From an uncultured bacterium (GTDB lineage: Bacteria; Fidelibacterota; Marinisomatia; Marinisomatales; J089): 64,000 nucleotides of DNA. This document shows, piece by piece, positions 9,265-18,132 of the stretch. Every line of letters starts with the position of its first letter. Within the stretch, counting starts at the first letter, position 1. Under the pieces are notes generated by a model that saw only the letters and a list, made by a program, of their open reading frames with translations, had not been told where the DNA came from and did no database searches. The position numbers and the translations under genes were made by a program. The DNA is taken from NCBI GenBank assembly GCA_964535735.1, contig CAZHTM010000002.1, positions 5,082 to 69,081 of the forward strand, given 5' to 3'.

Positions 9265-9692
9265 AAACGGGAACTTACGTAGTCCTTTTTGCCCGAATCG
9301 TCGTGGGCGCTGTGTTGATTTATGCCAGCATTGATAAAATCACCGATCCGCTGGAATTCTCCAAGGCGATTACCAATTACCATATGCTGCCCTGGGGATT
9401 GGAAAATCTGTTAGCCATCACGCTGCCATGGATTGAATTATTTGTGGGAGTTGGCCTTTTAGCGGGAATCTATTTGGATGGCGCGGCCTTGGTGGCTCAA
9501 TCCTTGATGCTTGTGTTTATTCTAGCGATCGGTTCCGCCATTTTACGGGGAATAGACATTGAGTGCGGCTGTGGATTAAAAGACGGCGAAATGGTGGGCG
9601 TACCCAAAATTCTTGAAGATTTGGTGTATTACGGGCTTGCGCTATTGATCTATTTTCGTCGAGAACGCGGCTTCCTGGAACTTCTTAAATAA
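9261..9692 (+). CDS. MauE/DoxX-family redox-associated membrane protein
   Basis: ARIVVG..LIYASIDKI.DP, LPWIEL, RGIDIECGC; ATG 9261 overlaps the rhodanese stop (ATGA). Confidence 0.85.
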   Translation: MKTGTYVVLFARIVVGAVLIYASIDKITDPLEFSKAITNYHMLPWGLENLLAITLPWIELFVGVGLLAGIYLDGAALVAQSLMLVFILAIGSAILRGIDIECGCGLKDGEMVGVPKILEDLVYYGLALLIYFRRERGFLELLK

Positions 9693-9702
9693 TAGTTATT
9701 TT

Positions 9703-9876
9703 GTCGCTGCACTCCTCGCAATGATCGAGTGGGGAGAACTTTTTATTTTAGACCACATTAACTCCCGCAAGTCATTGCGATCCCGGTTTTTCGGACGAGG
9801 CAATCCAGCTTGTTGGGGTAATCTCATTCATTCCAGTACTTGAGATTCTTCGTCTTTCCGATAAATATCAGAATAC
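9703..9876. repeat. Degenerate REP-like palindromic repeat cluster (GTCATTGCGA...GCAATC type)
   Basis: 9703-9725 reverse complement ATCATTGCGAGGAGTGCAGCGAC; 9771-9806 GTCATTGCGA..GGCAATCC; 9842-9876 GAGATTCTTCGTC..CAGAATAC. Confidence 0.55.
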
Positions 9877-10043
9877 GAATCTCATTTATTTTTAAATCAC
9901 TTCTCCATCGTGCAAAAGATCGGGAAACGGTCGGGTTTTCGACTGTGCACCGCTATAGACCAAATCAATAGCGAACTTTCCATTCCTTAACGTTGAACCG
10001 TTAGACGGTTACGCTGTACCTTTTCAACCTTATTTCCCTACCT

Positions 10044-10871
10044 ATGACAGATAAATTAGCAAATCGAATGTTGGTGAACGTTGTGGGGATTCCAGCGCTC
10101 CTGTGGATCATCTGGAACGGAGGCCTAATATTTACTATTTTTATTACGATTGTAGCCTTGCTGGCTCTGTGGGAATTCTATCATCTAGCGGCCATTCATG
10201 ATTTTGGTCAACCTCAAACCTGGACTGGATATGTTTTGACCTTGGGCATCATGGCAATCTACGGGTTTTACCCTGAGCTGCAAGGGGTGACATTACTAGC
10301 ATTCTCGGTATCAGCATTTATTGTGGTCGTCTTAGTCGAATTGTTCCGAAACAGGCCCAATCCTACCCGAAATTTTGGGATGACCGTCCTGGGGGTATTT
10401 TACATTCCCGGATTGTTGGGTTCGTTCATCTGGCTTCGCCATTGGGACGGGATTCATTCATCCCATCTCACTATGGGTTTGTTCATTACCGTCTGGGTTT
10501 GTGATTCATTCGCCTACCTTTTCGGAAAACAATGGGGTACAAAGAAAATATTGCCCCGGGTCAGTCCCAATAAATCATGGGTCGGTACTATTTCCGGAGT
10601 GGTGGGAGCATTTCTTACGCTAACCATCATGAAAAATTTGCAATTCTTGGGTGGGGATTTTGGGTGGAAGGATATTATTATTCTGACTTTCATAACCGGC
10701 ATTTTCGGACAATTAGGTGATTTTTCCGAATCCCTGATCAAACGCGATGCCGGAGTGAAAGATTCTGGACGATTATTAAAAGGTCATGGCGGTGTATTTG
10801 ATCGATTTGATTCGCTTTTATTTGCCGGCCCTCTGACCTATGCTTATTTGGTGTTGACAAAACTAGGATAA
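10044..10871 (+). CDS. cdsA: Phosphatidate cytidylyltransferase
   Basis: WVCDSFAYLFG, SPNKSW, GDFSESLIKRDAGVKDSG..LKGHGGVFDRFDS. Confidence 0.95.
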   Translation: MTDKLANRMLVNVVGIPALLWIIWNGGLIFTIFITIVALLALWEFYHLAAIHDFGQPQTWTGYVLTLGIMAIYGFYPELQGVTLLAFSVSAFIVVVLVELFRNRPNPTRNFGMTVLGVFYIPGLLGSFIWLRHWDGIHSSHLTMGLFITVWVCDSFAYLFGKQWGTKKILPRVSPNKSWVGTISGVVGAFLTLTIMKNLQFLGGDFGWKDIIILTFITGIFGQLGDFSESLIKRDAGVKDSGRLLKGHGGVFDRFDSLLFAGPLTYAYLVLTKLG

Positions 10872-10882
10872 ACAGGTTTATC

Positions 10883-12700
10883 ATGGAATTGAATTCAATA
10901 TTGGCGACGGATTGTGGAAGTACAACCACCAAAGCAATTCTGATTGAAAAAGTAGACGGAGAATATCGCCTCCGGGTGAGGGGAGAAGCGCCCACAACAG
11001 TGGAAGCACCTTTTGAAGATGTTACTAAGGGCGTGTTAAACGCTGTCATGGAAGTGGAAGAGCTATCCGGTCGCACCCTTTTAAAAGATGGTAAAATTAT
11101 TACGCCACAGGATGGCAAGACCGGTGTTGACGTGTATGTATCCACTAGTTCCGCCGGTGGGGGATTGCAAATGATGGTGGCAGGGGTGGTCAAATCCATG
11201 ACCGGCGAAAGCGCCGAACGGGCCGCTTTGGGAGCGGGATCCATTGTCATGGACGTTCTGGCATCGAACGACGGACGGCTTCCCCATGAAAAAATTACAC
11301 GGATTCGTCAATTGCGTCCTGATATGATTTTACTCTCTGGGGGTATTGACGGCGGCACCACCAAACACGTAGTGGAACTGGCGGAAATTCTGGCAGCAGC
11401 CAACCCGAAACCCCGTTTAGGTCATAATTATAAACTCCCAGTTATTTACGCCGGTAACAATAAAGCTCGGGAAACGATCAAGGAAACCCTGGGAGAGATC
11501 ACCGATCTGGACATTGTGGACAATATCCGTCCCGTGCTGGAACGGGAAAACCTGGGACCCTCCCGGGATAAAATCCACGATTTATTCATGGAACACGTGA
11601 TGGCTCAGGCTCCCGGTTATAAAAAACTTATGTCCTGGACCGATGCGCCCATCATGCCCACTCCCGGAGCCGTTGGTTCTCTCATCGAAATGATTGCTAG
11701 AGAAGAAAACATCACCGTCGTCGGCGTGGACATTGGTGGCGCCACTACCGATATTTTCTCCGTTTTTGAAGGTCAGTTTAACCGCACTGTGTCCGCCAAT
11801 CTGGGTATGAGTTATTCCGTCTGTAATGTGTTAGCCGAGGCGGGTCTGGATAATGTATTGCGGTGGGTGCCCATGGATATCAATCGGGGCGAACTGAACA
11901 ACCGCATCGGGAATAAAATGATCCGTCCTACCACGGTTCCTCAATCCCTGGAAGAATTAATCATCGAGCAAGCCATTGCTCGGGAAGCCCTCCGTTTGTC
12001 CTTCATCCAGCACAAAGAATTTGCCGTGAGTCTGAAAGGCGTTCAAAAGGAACGTACCATTTCCGATGCATTTGAGCAATCGGCGACCGGTGAAACACTG
12101 GTTGACATGATGGCGCTGGACCTCCTGGTGGGTTCTGGAGGAGTTTTATCGCACGCCCCACGACGGGAGCAAGCCGCTCGCATGTTGGTGGACGCCTTTT
12201 TACCGGAAGGAATTACCCAATTAGCCGTAGATTCCATCTTCATGATGCCCCAGTTAGGCGTATTGGCTAATATCGATAAAAAGGATATAGCGGAAAGCGC
12301 TCGCAAGGCAGCCCTGGAAGTCTTTGAAAAGGATTGTTTGATTCGACTGGGCACCTGTCTAGCACCGGTGGGTCGTATGAAGCCGGGAGCCCTTATTCTC
12401 ACTACCAAGCTCACTTTTTCTGATGGGCATACGGAAACCCACGAATTGAAGGCGGGAGAATTAAATCTTGTAAAAGCACCCTATGAGCCCATTAAGGCGC
12501 ATTTGACACCAGCCAAGCATGTTGATATCGGTGCCGGAAAAGGTGTTTCCATTGATACTGAAATCTATGGAGGCGTGGTGGGCATTCTCTTTGATGGCCG
12601 GGGTCGTCCCCTGGAACTCCCCGTCGAATCCAGTGAGCGTATCCGCAAGTTGACCGAATGGTCTAAAGCGGTGAATGAATATCCTGAAACCAAGTCTTGA
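10883..12700 (+). CDS. GlmL/MutL-family (glutamate mutase L-like) ASKHA ATPase
   Basis: ATDCGSTTTK (phosphate 1), STSSAGGGL, LSGGIDGG, IMPTPGAV, VDIGGATTD (phosphate 2). Confidence 0.88.
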   Translation: MELNSILATDCGSTTTKAILIEKVDGEYRLRVRGEAPTTVEAPFEDVTKGVLNAVMEVEELSGRTLLKDGKIITPQDGKTGVDVYVSTSSAGGGLQMMVAGVVKSMTGESAERAALGAGSIVMDVLASNDGRLPHEKITRIRQLRPDMILLSGGIDGGTTKHVVELAEILAAANPKPRLGHNYKLPVIYAGNNKARETIKETLGEITDLDIVDNIRPVLERENLGPSRDKIHDLFMEHVMAQAPGYKKLMSWTDAPIMPTPGAVGSLIEMIAREENITVVGVDIGGATTDIFSVFEGQFNRTVSANLGMSYSVCNVLAEAGLDNVLRWVPMDINRGELNNRIGNKMIRPTTVPQSLEELIIEQAIAREALRLSFIQHKEFAVSLKGVQKERTISDAFEQSATGETLVDMMALDLLVGSGGVLSHAPRREQAARMLVDAFLPEGITQLAVDSIFMMPQLGVLANIDKKDIAESARKAALEVFEKDCLIRLGTCLAPVGRMKPGALILTTKLTFSDGHTETHELKAGELNLVKAPYEPIKAHLTPAKHVDIGAGKGVSIDTEIYGGVVGILFDGRGRPLELPVESSERIRKLTEWSKAVNEYPETKS

Positions 12701-12718
12701 AGTTGAAAGTCAGTTCTT

Positions 12719-13846
12719 ATGGCACATTCTTATACTCCTGGTCTTAAAGTTTTACACGAAACCACCATTTTAAAGGACCGCGTCCTTCCGTTAAAAGGTG
12801 AGGTGGTGGTTTCCAAAGGAAAAATCGTTGAACCATCCGATGTGGTAGCCAAAACAGATTTACCCGGAAATGTTCAAATGGTCAATGTTGCCAACCTCTT
12901 GAATATCGATCCTGGCGATGTAAAAGAGGTGATGAAGATTTCAATAGGGACAGCCGTCAAAAAAGACGATCTCGTGGCGGAGACAAAAGGATTGTTCGGG
13001 CTCTTTAAATCCAGTGTCAAGGCGCCAGTGGATGGAACCCTAGAGGCCATTTCTGATGTCACTGGCCAGGTCGTCTTCCGGGAAGCGCCTATACCGGTGG
13101 AAGTGGACGCCTACATGCGAGGCAAGGTGAAAGACATTATCCCAGAAGAAGGGGTTACGATTGAAACCACGGGAGCCTTTATCCAGGGCATCTTTGGCAT
13201 TGGCGGGGAAAGCCAAGGCCAATTGAAACTGGTTGTTGAATCCCGGGAACAGGAAATCACTCCTGACATGATTACCGCCGATCTGGCGGGGAAAATTATC
13301 GTGGGCGGATCGTTTATCAGTCTGGAAGCCTATCAGAAAGCAATTGCAGCCAAGGTGGCTGGTGTTGTAGTGGGGGGATTTAATTATTCCGATCTGGAAC
13401 CGATTCTGGGTTATACCTTAGGTGTGGCAATTACGGGATCAGAAGATATTGGCACGCCGCTCGTGGTTACAGAAGGCTACGGTAAGATTAAAATGGGCGA
13501 CCGCACATTTGATTTGCTAAAGCAATACGACGGCCATAATGTCTCCATTAATGGGGCTACCCAAATCCGGGCCGGCGTAATCCGCCCCGAAATTGTTATT
13601 CCCATAGAGGATTCGGAATTAACCGGTGAAAGTAAACTCGTGGAATCGGCGGAAGGCATTACGGTGGGAAGTCTCGTTCGGGTCATTCGCGCCCCCTACT
13701 TTGGATTCTTAGGGAAAATTGTTAAACTTCCGGCCGAACTCCAGAAAATGGAGTCGGAAACCATGGTGAGGGTGGCGGACGTGGAAATTGATGGCCAGGT
13801 CTATACCATTCCCCGTTCCAATCTTGAAATGGTCGAAACCAACTAA
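12719..13846 (+). CDS. Conserved soluble protein with barrel-sandwich-hybrid-like repeats and a C-terminal KOW-like motif
   Basis: IGTAVKKDDLVAE..VKAPVDGTLEAI; VGSLVRVIRAPYFGFLGKIV. Confidence 0.75.
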   Translation: MAHSYTPGLKVLHETTILKDRVLPLKGEVVVSKGKIVEPSDVVAKTDLPGNVQMVNVANLLNIDPGDVKEVMKISIGTAVKKDDLVAETKGLFGLFKSSVKAPVDGTLEAISDVTGQVVFREAPIPVEVDAYMRGKVKDIIPEEGVTIETTGAFIQGIFGIGGESQGQLKLVVESREQEITPDMITADLAGKIIVGGSFISLEAYQKAIAAKVAGVVVGGFNYSDLEPILGYTLGVAITGSEDIGTPLVVTEGYGKIKMGDRTFDLLKQYDGHNVSINGATQIRAGVIRPEIVIPIEDSELTGESKLVESAEGITVGSLVRVIRAPYFGFLGKIVKLPAELQKMESETMVRVADVEIDGQVYTIPRSNLEMVETN

Positions 13847-13853
13847 TCGTATT

Positions 13854-14168
13854 TTGAATACTGCGGCGATCGAACCCATTCGCACTCCGGAAGACGAGGC
13901 CTTTCTCACTCGCATTGCCGCCAAAATCCACGCCACGGGACTGATTACCCCGGCGATATTTTTTCTGGAAATGACCAAACCTTTGGCGTTATTAGGTTCG
14001 CACGCCCTGGTCTTTTTTGGCCCCATTGTTAATGCATTTATTCGCACTGATGGCTATTATCGGGCCGCTGAACTCTTCGAAGAACCTGAGAATGTTGAAT
14101 TCCTGATTTCGGAAATCGAACGGCTGGATCGGGAATCTAAACCCAACAAGGAGGAACCCACCCCGTGA
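13854..14168 (+). CDS. Small conserved hypothetical protein of the GlmL operon
   Basis: FFLEMTKPLALLGSHALVFFGP..LFEEPENVEFLISEIE; TTG 13854 avoids overlap with the upstream gene; start uncertain. Confidence 0.7.
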   Translation: MNTAAIEPIRTPEDEAFLTRIAAKIHATGLITPAIFFLEMTKPLALLGSHALVFFGPIVNAFIRTDGYYRAAELFEEPENVEFLISEIERLDRESKPNKEEPTP

Positions 14169-15028
14169 AAGATAAACAGTTCTGGGCGGTGGTTGCCGGC
14201 TTCGCGCTGGTATTCATCGTGTACTGGATTTTGGGACATCCGACCTTTAAGACCGAACGGATTGTCATGTTTTTTGCAGTCTTACTAATGATGGGCACCC
14301 TAATTTATTATATCCGAGTGGCTGAAAGGGGGGATAAAATCTTTTTACGAACGATTCCCGGCTTGAAAGCAATCGAAGAAGCGGTTGGCCGTAGTACCGA
14401 AATGGGTAAGGAAGTACTTTACGTTCCCGGTATTATGGACATGGATCAGGTGGAAACCGTTGCCGGTGTGATTATCCTGGGGTATGTGGCCCGGATGACA
14501 TCCCGATATGAAACACCCCTCAATGTGCCTGTATCCCGATCGATCGTGATGAAAGCGGCCCGGGAATCCTGTAAGGAATCCTATTTATTGGAAGGCCGTC
14601 CCGATATGTTCCATGAAGACATGGTACATTACCTCACCGACGATCAATTTGCCTATGCTGCCGGTGTCAATGGTATTATGAACCGGGAAAAGCCCGCCGC
14701 CTGTCTCTACATGGGGAAATTTTATGCAGAATCCCTGATTCTGGCGGAAACGGGAAATTCCATCGGCGCTATTCAAATCGCCGGTACGGCGTCTCCCGCT
14801 CAGATCCCGTTTTTTGTTACGGCCTGTGACTACACCCTTATCGGTGAAGAATTTTTTGCCGCTAGTGCCTATCTGTCCAAAAAACCGGAATTACTTGGTG
14901 GTGTCAAAGGACAGGATATGCTCAAGGTCATTATCATCTCCGCCATCATTCTAGCGACCATCTTCCGGTTCTTCCATGAAATAGGTTGGATAGGCTGGAA
15001 TGTCCTCGACTTTTTAACCATCCAGTAG
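14165..15028 (+). CDS. Membrane protein with a DUF6754-like soluble domain
   Basis: 2 N-terminal TMs, RTIPGLKAIEEAVGRSTEMGK, IPFFVTACDYTLIGEEFFAASAYLS, C-terminal TM; family name from recall. Confidence 0.75.
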   Translation: MKDKQFWAVVAGFALVFIVYWILGHPTFKTERIVMFFAVLLMMGTLIYYIRVAERGDKIFLRTIPGLKAIEEAVGRSTEMGKEVLYVPGIMDMDQVETVAGVIILGYVARMTSRYETPLNVPVSRSIVMKAARESCKESYLLEGRPDMFHEDMVHYLTDDQFAYAAGVNGIMNREKPAACLYMGKFYAESLILAETGNSIGAIQIAGTASPAQIPFFVTACDYTLIGEEFFAASAYLSKKPELLGGVKGQDMLKVIIISAIILATIFRFFHEIGWIGWNVLDFLTIQ

Positions 15029-15041
15029 GAGAGATACGATT

Positions 15042-16073
15042 ATGTTCTGGAAACGACAAATTCCGATTGCCATTGTAACTGTAGTCGGTTTTATCACCTT
15101 GTTTGGATGGTTTGTGGATCATCCCGCCATCGAATCCTTCGTAAATGACGACGCCACGCAATGGTTTGATATCTTAGCCAGTTTCGCCATTTTTCTTGGC
15201 GCGTTGAATCTGCTGAAACTTCAGGGGCTGAAAATCATACACCGGAAACGCGGCTGGCCCTATAGTGTTCTGGCGATTCTTGGTTTTGCATTCGCCATGT
15301 TGGCGGGATTCGGTATGCGCGGTGCCTATACCCTGGAAGTAACAAATCCTGGCTCCAATCCTGAAGCCGTGGCCCAAGTGCTGGCGCCTGAAATTCACAA
15401 AACAATCGATGCATCCCGCACCATTGTTTCAATTATTACCCCGTCCACAACCTTTATGGTCGACGAACCCTATTGGACCGAAGGGGGCGCAGAATCGGTG
15501 AAGCAAGCCCTGGAAAACGCAGGTGCTACCGTCATAGTCAAACCCGTGGATTGGGGATCACATATTTCCTATCGAGGAAGCCTGTTCAACTGGATGTTTT
15601 ACAAGGTATTCACGCCGTTGAGCGCCACCATGTTTGCGTTGCTGGCATTTTTTGTGGCATCGGCATCGTATCGAGCCTTCCGCATTCGGAATTTCGAAGC
15701 AACCTTACTTCTGGTGGGTGGAATTATCATCATGCTGGGCCGGGTTCCCGTGGGAAGTAAAATTTCCACCTGGTTCATCATGTATATTCTGGTCCTGATT
15801 GGGGGTGTGGTGGTCAACCAAACCTATAAAAATAGGATGATCACCTTTACAGCAGTAGGCGGAAGTCTTTTGCTTGTCACGATTGCCGGTTTTATCACCG
15901 GCTGGCCCGTGGATCAACCACAGATTCTCTATTTACCGGTTTTGCAGGACTGGATTTATAATTTCCCCAATGTGGCGGGCGCACGGGCGATTATGATCGG
16001 CATCGGATTGGGTATCATTTCCACGTCGATCCGGTACATCCTGGGAATTGAAAAATCCTACATAGGAGAATAG
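15042..16073 (+). CDS. Multi-pass membrane protein with an inserted L7/L12-CTD-like domain
   Basis: About 8 hydrophobic segments; SASYRAFRIRN..EATLLL; residues 96-167 end in AESVKQALENAGATVIVK. Confidence 0.75.
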   Translation: MFWKRQIPIAIVTVVGFITLFGWFVDHPAIESFVNDDATQWFDILASFAIFLGALNLLKLQGLKIIHRKRGWPYSVLAILGFAFAMLAGFGMRGAYTLEVTNPGSNPEAVAQVLAPEIHKTIDASRTIVSIITPSTTFMVDEPYWTEGGAESVKQALENAGATVIVKPVDWGSHISYRGSLFNWMFYKVFTPLSATMFALLAFFVASASYRAFRIRNFEATLLLVGGIIIMLGRVPVGSKISTWFIMYILVLIGGVVVNQTYKNRMITFTAVGGSLLLVTIAGFITGWPVDQPQILYLPVLQDWIYNFPNVAGARAIMIGIGLGIISTSIRYILGIEKSYIGE

Positions 16074-16075
16074 CC

Positions 16076-16921
16076 ATGAAATTTTTAGAAGATTTGATTC
16101 TGAAACTGGGGAAATTAGACCGCCGGTGGATTTTCCTGATCATCGCCATTGTGGTGGCGTTACCCCTTTTTTTTCCATTGGGATTACCGATTCGCCCCAC
16201 TAACGCAACCAAAGTGGCCTATGATGCGATCGATCAATTGCCGGAAAATTCAAAAGTCCTGGTGTCGTTTGAATACGGTCCCAGCACAAAGCCGGAAATC
16301 CATCCCATGACCATCGCCATCCTGCGGCATTTATTCAAAAACCATCAGAAAGTCTATGTGACCTGTCTTTGGCCTGATGGGCAATTCATGGCTGAAGAAG
16401 CCTTGAATCAGGTAGCGGTGAATGAATTTCACCTGAAATATGGCACCGATTACATCTTGCTTGGTTTCCGTCCGGGGAATGAAGCGGTAGTGAAAGGAAT
16501 CGTCAGTAACCTCCGGAAAATGTATACCGTAGACGCCCGAGGCACCTTGATTGACGAAATTCCCATGATGAAAGGCGTCAATCAGTTTGCCGACTTCGAT
16601 TTCCTGTTTTCCGCTTCAGCCGGTTATCCGGGAACCGTGGAATGGGTGCAATATGCATCCGATCCTACGGGTGTCCCCATGAGCACAGGCACTACGTCCA
16701 TTCAGGTGAACGAAGTCATGCCCTATGTTCAGTCCGGTCAGGTGAAGGGAATTCTAGCTGGAATGCCTGGCGCCGCCGAGTATGAAGCCCTCATTGGACA
16801 ACCGGGAATAGGAACCAGTGGCATGGATGCTCAATCCATCGCTCACCTGGTCATTGTTCTCTTTATTGTCTTAGGGAACATCGGCTTTTACATTGAACGC
16901 AAACGAGCTAAAAAATATTAA
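16076..16921 (+). CDS. Membrane protein with a large, probably extracytoplasmic domain between two TMs
   Basis: SD AGGAG; TM-domain-TM layout; GMPGAAEYE..GMDAQSIAHL; basic C-terminal tail. Confidence 0.75.
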   Translation: MKFLEDLILKLGKLDRRWIFLIIAIVVALPLFFPLGLPIRPTNATKVAYDAIDQLPENSKVLVSFEYGPSTKPEIHPMTIAILRHLFKNHQKVYVTCLWPDGQFMAEEALNQVAVNEFHLKYGTDYILLGFRPGNEAVVKGIVSNLRKMYTVDARGTLIDEIPMMKGVNQFADFDFLFSASAGYPGTVEWVQYASDPTGVPMSTGTTSIQVNEVMPYVQSGQVKGILAGMPGAAEYEALIGQPGIGTSGMDAQSIAHLVIVLFIVLGNIGFYIERKRAKKY

Positions 16922-16936
16922 GCGGAGGGACGTACA

Positions 16937-17794
16937 ATGAGTGGAGCAGAATTATTTGGTGGATGGGTCGCCGCATTTTTAACTCTGGCTATTTTTTCCT
17001 ATCTGTATAAGGACAATCCATTTTATAAAATCGCTGAACATATCTTCGTGGGCGTATCCGCGGGATATTGGACATCCATGTTTTTCTGGACCCAGATCCA
17101 GCCCAATCTTTTCGGGCGGCTCTGGCCAAAACTGGATGCCGAAACCATGAATAGTGGATTCATGAAACTGTGGTACGGGGTTTATAATGTGTTTGGAACC
17201 CTTTTACCCGCCGTATTCCCGGATGGAGGCATCGACAAAGGGCATGGGATGCATTTGATATACATCATCCCATTTCTCCTGGGCATCATGATGCTTCTTA
17301 GTATTTCCTCCAAGCTGAGCTGGTTTGCCCGCTGGGGTATCGCGTATACAGTGGGTATGGCTGCCGGTCTTCGGGCCTATGGTTTCTTGAATTCCAATGT
17401 GATTGGACAAATCAAGGGGTCCTCGGTGCAGTTTGTAGGTGGATTGCCATTCTTTAATCTTCTGGGCGATAGCATTTTCAACAGTCTGATTATCGTCGTA
17501 GGTACGATTTGCGGACTGGTGTATTTCTATTTTTCCAAAGAACATACGGGCGTCCTGGGTAAAATGAGTCGGTTAGGTATTTACTTCCTGATGATCAGCT
17601 TCGGTGCATCGTTCGGATTTGCCGTTATGGGACGTATTTCGCTCCTCATCGGGCGATTCATCGATCTCATTGATTACTCCAAAACCACTTACTATCACGC
17701 CACGATTTGGATTCTGGTGATTATGGTGGCGCTTTTAGGATATTCCGCCTTTCAGGAGAAACGTAATACACCACCATCAGCAGAAACTGAATAA
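16937..17794 (+). CDS. Multi-pass membrane protein (about 7 TM)
   Basis: TLAIFSYLYKDNPFYKIAEHIFVGVSAGY, FLMISFGASFGFAVMGRISLLIGR; SD GGAGG. Confidence 0.75.
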   Translation: MSGAELFGGWVAAFLTLAIFSYLYKDNPFYKIAEHIFVGVSAGYWTSMFFWTQIQPNLFGRLWPKLDAETMNSGFMKLWYGVYNVFGTLLPAVFPDGGIDKGHGMHLIYIIPFLLGIMMLLSISSKLSWFARWGIAYTVGMAAGLRAYGFLNSNVIGQIKGSSVQFVGGLPFFNLLGDSIFNSLIIVVGTICGLVYFYFSKEHTGVLGKMSRLGIYFLMISFGASFGFAVMGRISLLIGRFIDLIDYSKTTYYHATIWILVIMVALLGYSAFQEKRNTPPSAETE

Positions 17795-17851
17795 CATGGA
17801 TTAATATATTCGATGGTTAATCCACGAATAATGGATCAAAAATCCTGATCG

Positions 17852-17880
17852 TAAAAGCCCCCTGAGTAAGGGGGCTTTTA
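17852..17880. terminator. Perfect 12-bp terminator hairpin closing the cdsA/GlmL operon
   Basis: TAAAAGCCCCCT-GAGTA-AGGGGGCTTTTA. Confidence 0.85.
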
Positions 17881-18132
17881 CATACCAACAGGTGAATGAT
17901 CCGCGAATAAACCACACCGCCGATCGACATGATTTAACTAAAACAATTAGTCTCTGCCAAGTCAGTATTTTGTGTCCATGGTGACGACCCAAAACCACTC
18001 ATAACCTTCGATTATTTTCCGGTGTTTATTATCCCAATCGGGAGCCATTCCATTCATTCCGAATGAGCCACGGAATTCGTAATATTCCCGGCTATTATTT
18101 GACCCCTAACTGAGATTAAAAGAAAGGAAAGT

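Noticed and set aside
17881-18060. Small minus-strand ORFs (65 aa listed; 31 aa MNGMAPDWDNKH...)
   Set aside because: The 65-aa ORF crosses the terminator, and neither has a recognisable motif or RBS; no lysine riboswitch pattern recognised upstream of rocD
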